Below are positions 27,255 to 38,605 of a DNA stretch of 64,000 nucleotides, piece after piece. Source of the stretch: Malacoraja senta. Lineage: Eukaryota. The notes below the pieces were generated by a model. It was given only the letters and a program-made list of their open reading frames with translations, was not told the DNA's origin and searched no databases. Location of the stretch: positions 18,168,001-18,232,000 of the forward strand of contig CM075988.1 in the NCBI GenBank assembly GCA_038087875.1. Direction: 5' to 3'. The translations under genes and the position numbers were made by a program. How positions within the stretch are numbered: position 1 is the stretch's first letter; every line of letters starts with the position of its first letter.

Positions 27255-27782
27255 GAAGATAAGACACAAACTGCTGGAGTAACTCAGCGGGACAGGCAGC
27301 ACCTCTGGAGAGAAGGAATGGGTGACGTTTCTGGTCAACCATGATCTCAGTGAATGGCGGTGCTGGCTCTAAGGGCCGAATGGCCTACTCCTGTACTTAT
27401 TATCTATTGTCTATTAACCCTTCATCAGACTGAGAGTTAGGGGAGAGCGAGATATAGAGATATGGAAGGTGTTTACTTATTCTGTTGTGCTGCAGCAAGT
27501 AAGAATGTCATTGTTCTATCTGGGACACATGATAATAAAACACTCTTGACTTGAAAAGGGGAGATCAAAGGGGGCGCAGATCAAGGGAAATGTAGAATGG
27601 ATCATGGTTAGCTGAGGGGAAGGTGACAACGAAGGGTACGATCAGTCAATTTTAATCAGGAGGAGGACAGTGAAACTAGTCAGACAACTAGGATGGGGGA
27701 AGGATGGAGAGAGGGGGAAAGCCAGGGTGACTTGAAGTTAGAGAAGTCAATATTCATGCCATTGGTTTGTAAGCTATCCAGC
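27255..27782 (-). mobile_element. Penelope-like pLTR/3' fragment interrupted by short CR1 and LINE tails
   Basis: Same pLTR motifs, with nested insertions at ~27340-27415 and ~27470-27553. Confidence 0.65.
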
Positions 27783-29086
27783 ACCTTTCCATTCAGCTGA
27801 AGATGTTTTTAAAAAACCTTTCAGAGGTGTAAAGGAACTAATAAGCAATTATAAATATTTAATTTTTTTAAAATTACTAATTGACTACAGCACTCCAATA
27901 TAAGTGAACATTTGCTCTGTAGTTTTAAAATAATCTGCAGTTATTTGGTATCAAGTTACGAACAGATGGCTGATGAGACACTGAATCAAGTTCTGAGTTT
28001 TTTTGGTAATAAACTATTTATCAGCCTTGTTAACAAACCCCCCAAATAACCATTTTGAAAACATCGAGAAAGATTGTTGAAAGCAATTGTATTGTGTAAA
28101 AAAAGAATACGTTTCAGATGTTGCTGGGTTATACTGAGCAATGCAGATCATGCGTGTTGCATATCTTTCATTCATTGTTCTTTATCTCTCGACATTACCG
28201 TCTATATCTCTCGTTTCCTTTATCCCTAACCAGTCTGAAGAAGGGTCTCGACCCGAAACGTCACCCATTTCCTTCTCTCCAGAGATGCTGCCTGTCCTAC
28301 TGTGGCTTTTTGTGTCTATCTTGTGTGTAGGAAGGAAGTGCAGATGCTGGTTTAAACTGAAGATAGTCACAAAATACTGGAATAACTCATCAGCATCTCT
28401 GGAAAATAGGAATAGATGACGTTTCGGTTCGAGGCCCTTCTTCAGACATGTTCTTGTCTTCTTCTGAAGAAGGTCTCGACCCGACCAGTCTGATCCCTGA
28501 CCAGTCTGAAGAAGGGTCTCGACCCGAAACGTCACCTATTCCTTTTCTCCAGAGTTGCTGCCTGACCCGCTGAAGTACTCCAGCTTTTTGAGTCTAATGC
28601 AGATCAGGTATTGTAGAAATGGAAACTGCAGGGTAAGATACTATTGTTTAAAATGAACACACTCGTGCATGCAATGTGCATGTAGAACACTGTCACCTTT
28701 TAACACTGACTAACCTGGCCCCATAGCAGAAGCGTCCACGTCGCGGGGCTGGAAACTGGAAGTATCCTGAGCTAATTCTGCTACTACCATCATCTATTGC
28801 GACAAGTAATGGCTTCCACTAATTGTCGCCGGAAGCTTGCGTCCTTTTCAGGACGGACGATGACAGTGAGGTCAACATTTGTAACAAGATGGACACGAAA
28901 AGAAGAAGTGACTTACGTTATCCAGGAAATACCAGAAGAAACCTATTGTCTACACTAGGTAATTCAGCAGGCTGTGATGGTGCATTGGGAGTGTTTATGG
29001 TCCCACCACTGAAACACAGACAGTATATCAAGAGACTGTTGTTTTCTATTTGTCAAACCCAGAAAAAACAATTAAAGACAAAGTTA

Positions 29087-29404
29087 TAGCCCTGTCCCAC
29101 TGTACGAGTTCATTCAAGAGCTCTCCCGAGTTAAAAAATAAATCAAACTCGTGGTAAGCACGTAGAATGTACGTAGCGGGTACGTCGGAGCTCGGGACGT
29201 CTCTTAGCGGCTCGTAACGCTAACGGCAGGTACTTAGGAAACGCGGGTAAGCTCGTGAAGACTCGTGAAGATTTTTCAACATGTTGAAAAATGTCCACGA
29301 GAGCCCCGAGTACCTACGAGCGGCCATTACCGTAAATCTCCGAGTTCGAATCAGGGCAAACTCGGGAGAACTCTTGAATGAACTCGTACAGTGGGACAGG
29401 GCTT
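29087..29404. mobile_element. Non-autonomous PIF/Harbinger-like DNA transposon (MITE)
   Basis: ~46-bp TIRs ((t/a)agccctgtcccactgtacgagttcattcaagag.tctcccgagtt); TTA duplicated at 29084-29086 and 29405-29407. Confidence 0.85.
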
Positions 29405-29548
29405 TTACACTCTGCCGCTGACAACAGTGATTATATTTTTGCCTGATCTTTTCTGGTCAGTTACTGGACAATGGTGTGACTGGCACTAGTGGGAGAGCCT
29501 AGGACCAGAGGGCGCAGCCGCTGAATAAAAGGACGTACCTTTAGAAAG

Positions 29549-30391
29549 TAAAGTAAAGTAAAGTAAGTTTATTTATATAGCACTTTTCAGTCGATTTCAA
29601 TCAAAAGCCAAAGTGCTTTACAGGGAAGACTATCCATACAAATAATAAAAAGAAGTAGAAAAAAATGAGACAACACACTATAAGAAATTCAACACGAACA
29701 TCCCCCCACAGTAGAATCTACACTCTCCACTGTGAGGGAAGGCACCAAAATGTCCAGTCCCTCCTCCTCCTCCTAGTCCACCCGAGGTCGGGGCCAGTTT
29801 GAGGCTACTGCAGCCAGTCGCCGCAACGGCAGCCCGATGATTATAGGCCCCACCCGCATCGGGTGGAAAAGTCCTCAGCAGCTTAGAAATGTCTGGAGCG
29901 GCCGCTCCTTCCCCGGAGACTGCGACGCCCGTGGACTTTAGGCCACGCCGGTTGGAGCTTCGACTCCGTGGTGTTTTCGATCCAGTGCCGCCTGCCCGCG
30001 GCGGAATGCCCTCAAACCGCAGACCGCAGACCGCGGCTGCTCGATGTTGGTGGTCGGCGGTCACAGCACTCCGGAGCAGCGACCCGGCAAGGCATCGCCC
30101 GCTCCTTGTTGGTGTCCCAGCGCTGTGCCGTCGAAGCTGTGGTCCCGGCAGGAACGCCGCTCCAGCCCGATGGAAGGCCGCATGGGGAGATCGGGGATGC
30201 GATTTGGAGGAAAACTGCATCTCCGACCAGGTAGGACTGGGGTTTAAAACAGTCCCCCCCCCCCACACACCACACACATAGAAAGAATAGACTCAAAAAA
30301 AAAATGTTTTAGACAATAAAAAAGTTAGAGGACGGACTGCAGGCAGGCAGCCATACAAACGGCGCCCACTCCTGCACATCCGCCATCTTTT
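29549..30391 (-). mobile_element. GC-rich non-coding retroposon with L2-like tail, inserted in a CR1 fragment
   Basis: Minus strand starts AAGATGGCGG and ends gtaaagcacttt...aaagtgctatataaataaac(TTTAC)n. The flanks rejoin as CR1 tttagaaag|gagatgaggaggaatttc. Confidence 0.7.
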
Positions 30392-30954
30392 ATATCCCGG
30401 GGGGGGGGGGGGTGGGGGCAGGGGGGGAGATGAGGAGGAATTTCTTTAGCAAGAGGGTGGTGAACCTGTGGAATTCATTGCCACAGATGGCTGTGGAGAC
30501 CAAATCTATTCCACCATGGCTGATCTATCTTTCCCTCTCCACCCCACTCTCCTGCATTCTCCCCATAACCGTTGATGCCCCTCCTAATTAAGATCCTATC
30601 AATCTCCGCTTTCAAATTACCCAAAGCCTTGCCGTCTGTGGCAATGAATTCCATAGATTTGCCAACCTCTGGCTTAAGAAATTCCTTCTCATCTCCTTTC
30701 TAAAGGTGTGTCCTCGTCTATACCTTTCCAGCTTGCAGGTGAAGAGATCAAATGAACATTCAGAACAAATCACATCCGGCGCCCATGACTCAAGAAAATA
30801 GAGCCCACAATGGTCCATTGTTGGCTGTGGGAGAGGTGTTAAAGAAGGGGTTACAAACAAGTTTAGATTGGTTTATTATTATTGTCACTTGTAATGAGAT
30901 CCAGTCAAGGAAAAGATTGTGTATGAGGGCAATCAAGCCGTCCACAGTGCAAGT

Positions 30955-31235
30955 CATCCTTTGTCTTGCTGACATTGAGGGAGAGGTTGTTGGCTTGGCA
31001 CCATCTTACAAGGTTCTCAATCTCCTTCCTGTCCTCCATCTCATCATCATCATTTGATATCCGGCCCACTATGGTGGTATCATCTGCAAACTTGGAAGTT
31101 GAGTTGGATTGGTATCGGCCTGCACAGTCGTAAGTGTATAAGGAGTATAGTAACGTGCCTGAGAATCCATCCTGGTAGGATATCAGTGTTGAGAATTGTC
31201 GTGGAGGATGATTTGTGCCCCTATCCTCACTGATT
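30955..31235 (-). mobile_element. Rex1/Babar-like LINE RT fragment
   Basis: Minus strand reads LLYSLYTYDC...KFADDTTIVGRI. Confidence 0.75.
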
Positions 31236-31277
31236 AACTGATTATTTTCTGAGCTCAGTCCACAGTCTGAAGAAAGG

Positions 31278-31464
31278 GGTTAAAGAAGGAACTGCAGATG
31301 CTGGAAAGTCAAAGGTAGACAAAAGTGCTGGAGAAACTCAGCGGGTGCAGCAGCATCTATGGAGCGAAGGAAATAGGCAACGTTTCGGCCCGAAACGTTG
31401 CCTATTTCCTTCGCTCCATAGATGCTGCTGCACCCGCTGAGTTTCTCCAGCACTTTTGTCTACC
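31278..31464. mobile_element. Fold-back (inverted pLTR) Penelope-derived mini-element with 13-bp TSD
   Basis: Perfect 75-bp arms 31314-31464 around one central base; gtctgaagaaagg at 31265-31277 and 31465-31477. Confidence 0.85.
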
Positions 31465-32254
31465 GTCTGAAGAAAGGTCTCGGGGAATCATCAGCTTCCA
31501 GAGTTGCTGCCTGACCCACTCCAGAGGTACTCCAGCATTTAGTGTCGATCATCGGTGCATATTTGTTCATCTCCTAGCAGAAAACACAAAGGAGGGATAA
31601 TATCCAGCACAAAAAACAAAAACAAAAATCACAGGAGAAGTTTAGAAAAAGGCTGTGACAGGTGATGATGGGTTTGGAGGCGTCTTTGCTTCGAGCCGAG
31701 GTCAGAGCCTCTTCAGATGAAAGGATTTGTAGACTGGGCTGTGCCGTCGCAAGTCGAGTGCCACAGGTACTTAACCGTGAATGAGATTAGAGTGCACGCC
31801 CGCTCCTCTGCTCTTTGATCATTGCCGCTTTGATTCCTGCACCGTACTTCAAAAGAAAATAAAAGACGTGGCAATGGATGTTTCCCAGTTTTTCCATACA
31901 TATGCAACACAACCCCCCCCCCCCCCCCCTCCGGTCACATGGCCCTCCTGGGGCTCTGGCCGAGTTTCCGGTGCAAAGTGTGAAACTTTCTGACTGGCAA
32001 GGAAGGGGCTCGGCTCAGGTAAACATTTTCCGCTCCGCTTCTGCAGCTCCTCGGATGGACGGCAAGCACCGTTCCCCAGGGAGAGGGAGAGTTCCCAGTC
32101 CCCGGAGTTTCAGCCAAACTGGAAGTGAGTGAAGCCTCTGTCAGACGATCTGCTGAGCTTGCTCCCTGGGGGTCCCACTCCCGACACCCTCATCCATACC
32201 CGGTGCCACGACGCCCACCTCCACCAAAAACCTTGAACGCAGAGTATCTTTGCA

Positions 32255-32602
32255 TTGAAACTTACCGAATAGTGAAAGGTCTGGATATAGTGGATGTGCA
32301 GAGGATGTTTCCAATAGTGGGTGGGTATAGGACCAGAGACCACAGCCTCAGAATAAAAGGACGTACCTTTAGAAAGGAGATGATGAGAAATGTCTTTATT
32401 TAGAAAGTAGTGAATCTGTGGAATTCATTCAGACGTCTGTGGAGGTCAAGTCAATGGATATTTTAAAGGCCGAGATTGGCAGATTCTTGATTAGTAGGGG
32501 TATCAGTGGATGTGGGGCGAAGGCGGGAGAATGGGGTTATGAGGGAGAGATAGATCAGCCACAATTGAATGGCGGGTTGGACTTGTTGGGTCGAGTGGCC
32601 TA
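32255..32602 (+). mobile_element. CR1 LINE 3' fragment
   Basis: IETYRIVKGLD...TRDHSLRIKGRTFRKEM followed by a CR1 3' UTR. Confidence 0.8.
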
Positions 32603-33655
32603 ATTTTTCTCCTCGAACTGTGGAATGACAGGAGGCTTCTCGAACGAACAAAGTTTTGGTTTTGCCGATGGAATTACCTTTAGGTTTAGAGATACAGTGC
32701 GATAAAAAAAGGCCCTTCAGCCCACCAAGACTGCGTCAACCAGCCATCACCCTGTATGCTAGCATTACCTTATACACGAGGGACAATTTACCAAAGCCAA
32801 TTAACCTGCAAACCTGTACGTGATTGGAGTGTGGGAGGAAACCGGGGCACCCGGAGAAAAACCCAAGCGGTCAGAGGGAGAACGTGCAAACTCCGTACAG
32901 ACAGCAACTATCGCTGCGCCACCATGCCACCCTTTAGGAATCTTAAGAAACAAAGATACCTTTTCTTATCTGCTCTGCCATGTTGCAGCATACTCACAGA
33001 TCGAGATCATTGCTCCATATCTACAGGGTAGGTTTGTTAATATTTTGGATTCAGCAATATGTGAGTCTTTGTGATCAGCCACGGGAATGATTCTGAAAAT
33101 AATTGTTGCTATTTTGATGCATATTAAACACCGAACAAATGCAGATCATGTCAACTTCAAACCATTTGTACATGGCTGTGAACGAGGCAGGCCTGCCGGC
33201 ACTGTACACGTGTCTTGTAAGATTTGACAGCAAGGATAATTTTTGATCCAATTGATCCAATAATGAGGCGCTGCACAAATCACAGGACGGAGAGTGTGGC
33301 TTTAATGTAAATGTGCATCAGCGGAGGCTTGGCACCAGTGTGTTTGCCTTCACAGATCTCTTGGGCAAGTGGAATAATTTCCAAATCAGCGTTGGACAAA
33401 ACCATTCCACATCTAACTGGCTGCCAGACGAAAGCTCCCCTCAAAGCCAGTGCTCAGAATGTGAACACGCTTTTTCTTTAGGCGAGAAATTTCAAAGGAA
33501 ACAGCCCTGGGCATAGTGTTTCAGAGAAATGAATGTGACTGCTTGACTATGAAGTGTTTAGCTTCCCCTGATAATGGGAGAAGTATGACACAAACACAAC
33601 TCTACGTCACTCAAAGCATCCGAACAGCCGGTTTATTCTCTTCAGGGCGATATCC

Positions 33656-33960
33656 AGTTTAGTTTAGTTTTGAAATGCAGCATGGAAACAGGCCCTTCGG
33701 CCCACCGAGTCCGTGCCGACCAGCGATCCCTGCATATTGACACTAGCCACACACACACACACCAGGGAAAATTTTAGATTTTTTAACCAGGCCAATTCAC
33801 CTACAAACCTGCATGTCTTTGGAGTGTGGGAGGAAACCGAAGATCCTGGAGAAAACCCACGCAGGTCACGGGGAGAACGTACAAACTCCGTACAGACAGC
33901 ACCCGTAGTCAGGATCGAACCCAGGTCTCTGGCGCTGTACGGTAGCAACTCTACTGTTGC
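33656..33960 (-). mobile_element. HE1-type V-SINE
   Basis: Same motifs. Confidence 0.8.
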
Positions 33961-35095
33961 CCAGAAGACAACAGACTTCTCGCCCTAAACCAACCCACGG
34001 ATGGCCAGGTGACTGGGTGAGCCTTCTGACACTGAGGCTGCACACGTGGATCACACGTCATTTAGTGATGTGCCGGAGAGTTTGTGACCCTTTCAGTAGA
34101 TGGTTGTGAATTTTCAGGAATAGCCTCCAATGCGGAGGGGTCAGAATCACTTGATAGGGACCAACCAAATTTTTGATTGACCCGCTGAGTTACTCCAGCA
34201 CTTTGTGTCTATCCTTAGTCCCAACAACATACTGAAATTACCCAGGAAAGCCTCACAGAGCACTAATTAGGCTTAACATTTGACACAATTTGACACGTTA
34301 TGGCAGATGGGAAAGGATTTGGTCAAAGACATAGGTTTGAAGGAATGCCTCAGGTGGTGGAGAGGCAGAGGCGTTTTGGCTGAGAATTCCACAGCTTGGG
34401 ATCTTTGCAGCTGATGACACGGCCGTCAAATGTAGACTATGAAAGTCCGAGATGAACACACGTGGAAATGGAGACTAAAGGACACAAAGTTCTGGAGTAA
34501 CTCAGTGCGCCAGGCGACACCTCTGGCGACCATGGATCAGTGACGTTTCGGGTCTCCCTTCTTTAGGCTCCAGTCTGAAGAAGGGTCGAGATCCGAAACG
34601 TCACCTATTGTGTCCTTTTGTGTATTAACCAGCATCTGGGGTTCTTTGTTTCTGTAAATGGAGACGCAAGGAACTGCAGATGCTGGAATCTTGAAGAAAG
34701 CACAAAAGTGCTGGAGAAACTCAGCAGGTCAGGGATCAGTCTGAATAAAGGGTCCATAGCCGAATGGTAGTCTGTCCATTTCCTCCATTTCCTGCTGAGT
34801 TCCTCCAGCACCTTATTTGTTGCAGAAGTGTTTGATACAACACAAACCTCGGGTAAACATTTGTGGAGGATGCAGAAGAGAAAGGAAGACCTTGGTGGCG
34901 CAACAGTACTCCACCGGCACCAAGTTACACAGTGCATGAGGAAGGTTCACCTTGGGTCTCAATATCGGAGCACATTCCATTGCCAGCAGTGACACGAGCT
35001 ACCTGCCGAGCCCAACACATCAAACCCCCACTGCAAACCGTCAGTGATAATTACACCGCAAAACCAATTCAGAAATTTGGAACATTTAACTTGTT

Positions 35096-35137
35096 TTTAT
35101 TAAGAAGTCAATAATGCTTCCGTAGTTTTTATTTATT
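35096..35137 (-). promoter_or_regulatory. Candidate polyadenylation signals (AATAAA on minus strand)
   Basis: TTTATT on the + strand at 35096-35101, 35128-35133 and 35132-35137, at the distal edge of the repeat-free UTR block. Confidence 0.5.
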
Positions 35138-37242
35138 TTTCCTGTAAAAATGGCATACATGAACTGATACAAAAAAAAAATGCGTGGGAACATGAGAGGT
35201 TCTATCAATACACAAAATTGCCCATGTACACTAGAAATAAGAAATGACCTAAGCAAACAGCCTTAGTGCCTAAAGATCAGACCTAATGTGCGTATAACAC
35301 AGCAATAATCTTCAACTTTTCCATTTTTTAAGACCAATTTTGCACAATACTTGTTTTGCACGTGACAAGACCCAATTATTCAAACTAACTCTATACAAAG
35401 TAATACATATTACAATTAAAACAGTGCACTGCATTTGAGAGAGAAAAGAAAAGGATTCACACAAACACAAAAAATAAAATCCATATACAACTAAAACTCT
35501 GAATTTGCCACGTTTTGTTTTAATGTGTGGGGGCATATTCTTTGCAGACAAGATGCAAAGAGCCAATCAGAACACATCTTCCTGAGACATGACGTATCTG
35601 TTTAATCTTCTTTTTGAGAAAATAACAAGACCTACTGTGGTACAAACTAAAGCTGAGAGCCAGAGAGGCGCAAATTACTGTGAATTACCGATAAACCAGA
35701 TTGAAAACAGCGACAAGACATATTAAATCACTTTTTTTTGAGTACATTATCACATTCCCTTCACTATTGTGGTCACCTCTCTCTTATACAGGGGACTGAG
35801 CATTTGCTATCAAGTATACTCTTTGTTTTATACTGAAGTAACTCAATCTCCCACTTAGTTTCCCTGGAACTCACTGAGGAACTTCAAGGGTTGCCAACTT
35901 TGCAACGCTTGTCCATTTTTTCCTAATCGTTCCTTCCTTTGCAAAATCCATTGGCAAACCTCACATTCCACGAGACACACCTAAAGACATGATAGTGTAT
36001 CGCGCATTGTAACATTGAATCTCAAACCAAAAGAAAATTAACTGAAAATGAACACTCTTCGGGTAAAGCTATGTCACATCAGAATTGGGCTGTGTACAGG
36101 CTGGAGATCGGGAGAACAGATTTTGCCTTGCATTGAAGGTAACCGCTCCAGTAGTTACGCCTACAATTGTTCTCGGAGGCTTTGAGGTTTTACCTCAGAG
36201 CTGAAACTGCAAAATGTCAGTTCCACGGAGGCAAACCTTTTGTTTTCTTTTTCTAAAGCAATAATGTGATGCCTCTTCAGAATCTGGCTTCCAAAGCTAA
36301 GTTAATGATTTGGGAAAGAAAATGTTTATGCCAAACACAAGGTGGTAATATATTTTAAGGCAACTTTCACTCTTTAAAGAGGCACTATCCCTTTATGACG
36401 ACAGACACAGACAGAATGGATGAATGAATGGATGAATGTAAAATGCAGGATATACACAGAACTTCCATTAAATACTACAGCCTCCTGTACAGCGTTTGAT
36501 CAATTTTAATTAAATCTTTAAATAGAATACGAATAGCATTTTACAATGGCACTAGGACAAACCACTTTCATCACTGGCTCGATAAAAAAACACTGCTGTT
36601 TAAAAAGAGATCTATGCACACAGTCCATGTAAGCAGTGGTTGTTTTGAAGAGGTTCTTAAATATAAACCATGCGATATGAACAAAGGGATATGCCTTTTT
36701 AAAACCATGCTAGTGTTTGTGAGCCGAAATTGTACCGTATGAATTATTTGCCGGGGCAGTGTACACGTTACTTAAAATGGGGCTCAGGGAGGTAGGGAGG
36801 TGGGGGGGGGGGGGGGGGGAGAGACCTCGCTGACAGGTTATTGTGAAAGCAGATAGTTTTCAAATATTTTTGGCAAACAAATTAGTGAGACGTAAGGCCA
36901 ATTGGGAAAGACGAGATGAGATCTTTTAAAAACAAGAGGTGTCTGGAACAAGGCGTGTTCCTGCTGTGATGACTCAGCACTGTCCACTCACTAAAAGGCA
37001 CAGACCTCCGTTGTCGGGTCTGATCGGGGTTTGCTGTTGACGTTCTGCCACTTGCTTGCTCAGAACACAGCCAGACAGGGTGAGGAACCCCCTACATCGC
37101 ACAGTCTACACAAGAGAATGAAATTAGCGTCAATCTCGCCACACAAAAACCCCACTTGCAGAAAAATACTCGCTCTGCGTTCCCCTCTGCGAAAATTGAA
37201 CTGCCGCACGCCTGCGCACCCCTCAGTCACAGAGCACAATGT

Positions 37243-37286
37243 TGTTTTTGTTTGTTTGTTTGTTTGTTTGTTTGTTTGTTTGTTTG
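37243..37286. repeat. (GTTT)n microsatellite in CADM1 3' UTR
   Basis: Direct reading. Confidence 0.9.
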
Positions 37287-37579
37287 AACGTGTAGAAGTG
37301 AAAGGGAGCCTCTCAGTCCAAATGGCAATTCAAAAGGCTGGAGCGTCTGCAGGGAAAACAAGGCACGACGTTTTCTGCAAATGAGAGAACTAAACTAAGT
37401 CCGAGCCTGGCTAGGCAGTAACAGAGGTGTCAAACTGTGGACCACTCTGATCAGCAATCAACTCCTGTCCCCATCCTAACCCCTAACCCCACTGGGGCAC
37501 GTCTCACATGCCCACCAAGTTACAAAAACCCAACCACACATCGTCAACAGTTGGACACCTCCATGTGGCTACACGTTAC

Positions 37580-37698
37580 TTAGATGAAATACTCTTTCTT
37601 TTCATCAGAGTTGTTCTGTCCGCCCTCTGCGTTGATAATGGCCGTGTCCGCGTCGGCTGCATCATCCGCACCTTTCGCCTCGTGCGTGAAGTATGTAC
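37580..37698 (-). CDS. CADM1: Cell adhesion molecule 1 (SynCAM1/Necl-2), terminal coding exon (cytoplasmic tail with PDZ-binding EYFI)
   Basis: Reverse complement reads tgttgcag|GT ACA TAC...TTC ATC TAA = (G)[38 protein letters not shown], essentially the known CADM1 C-terminus. The phase-1 acceptor matches the upstream exon. Confidence 0.97.
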
Positions 37699-37789
37699 CT
37701 GCAACACACACCCCGCAAAAGCCATGCATTAGTCAACTCTCTCCCCTGAGACCGGCGGCTCGCAGGACAACCGAGTCGTGCCCCTCACA

Positions 37790-37999
37790 TAGACGCAACA
37801 TGCTGGAGTAACTCAGCGGGACAGGCAGCATCACTGGGGAGAAGGAATGGGTGGGGTTTCGGGTCGAGAAACCTTCTTAGGGCTTCGACCCGAAACGTCA
37901 CCCATTCCTTCTCCCCAGAGATGCTGCCTGTCCTGCTGAGTTACTCCAGCATGTTTCTATCTTCGATTTAAACCAGCATCTGCAGTTCCTTCCTACACA
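37790..37999. mobile_element. Fold-back Penelope-derived mini-element in CADM1 last intron
   Basis: Inverted arms; degenerate direct repeats agtcgtgcccctcacat and agtcgtacacctctacat flank it. Confidence 0.75.
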
Positions 38000-38605
38000 A
38001 GTCGTACACCTCTACATTGGTGGGGAATCACTGGGGGGACGACGACAAAAGAGGAACGGGCGTGGGATACTTTGTAACTGTTTGCGCCCTTTATGTAGCG
38101 ACTCTGTGCATACCTTTGGTATGCAAAACAAAGAATATCGCTGTGACTTGTCACATGTGACAATAAAGTATCATTCATTCATTCACTCAGCTCAGTGCCT
38201 CTGTGTGGTGATTGTATAGAGGAGTAAAAATCACAAGGGCAATTGATAATTGACAAGAGACTTTTCCCCAGGGCAGGAGAATCAAGAACGGGAAGTGAAA
38301 GAACTAGAGGACAGTTTGGTTGTAATCATGTATAGTCTTCACTGGATTGCACAAATGCTTTTCACTGTACCTTGGCACATGTGACAATAATAAATAAAAT
38401 AAACTAAACTAAAATTGATTTCAGTGAGAGGGGAAATATTAAATAAGGAACCTGAGGGGCAACCTATCTCTTTCCATAAGCACCTGAAACTTGGAGAATT
38501 ATGGTCACTCTTCCCATAGTGTTCAGCACCAACACTTCCAACACCTGCCCAGTTTCATTTCTTACCATAAGGTTTGAGTGCTGCCCCAGCTCAAGCAGGA
38601 CTATC

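Larger units (their letters stand above)
35080..37579 (-). other. CADM1: CADM1 3' UTR (approximate distal end)
   Basis: Directly follows the stop codon. About 2.5 kb, AT-rich and free of the SINE/LINE repeats dense elsewhere; ends near AATAAA hexamers. Confidence 0.7.

Noticed and set aside
29678..30281. 199-aa and 130-aa ORFs
   Set aside because: Stop-poor GC-rich interior of a repeat; no recognisable domain.
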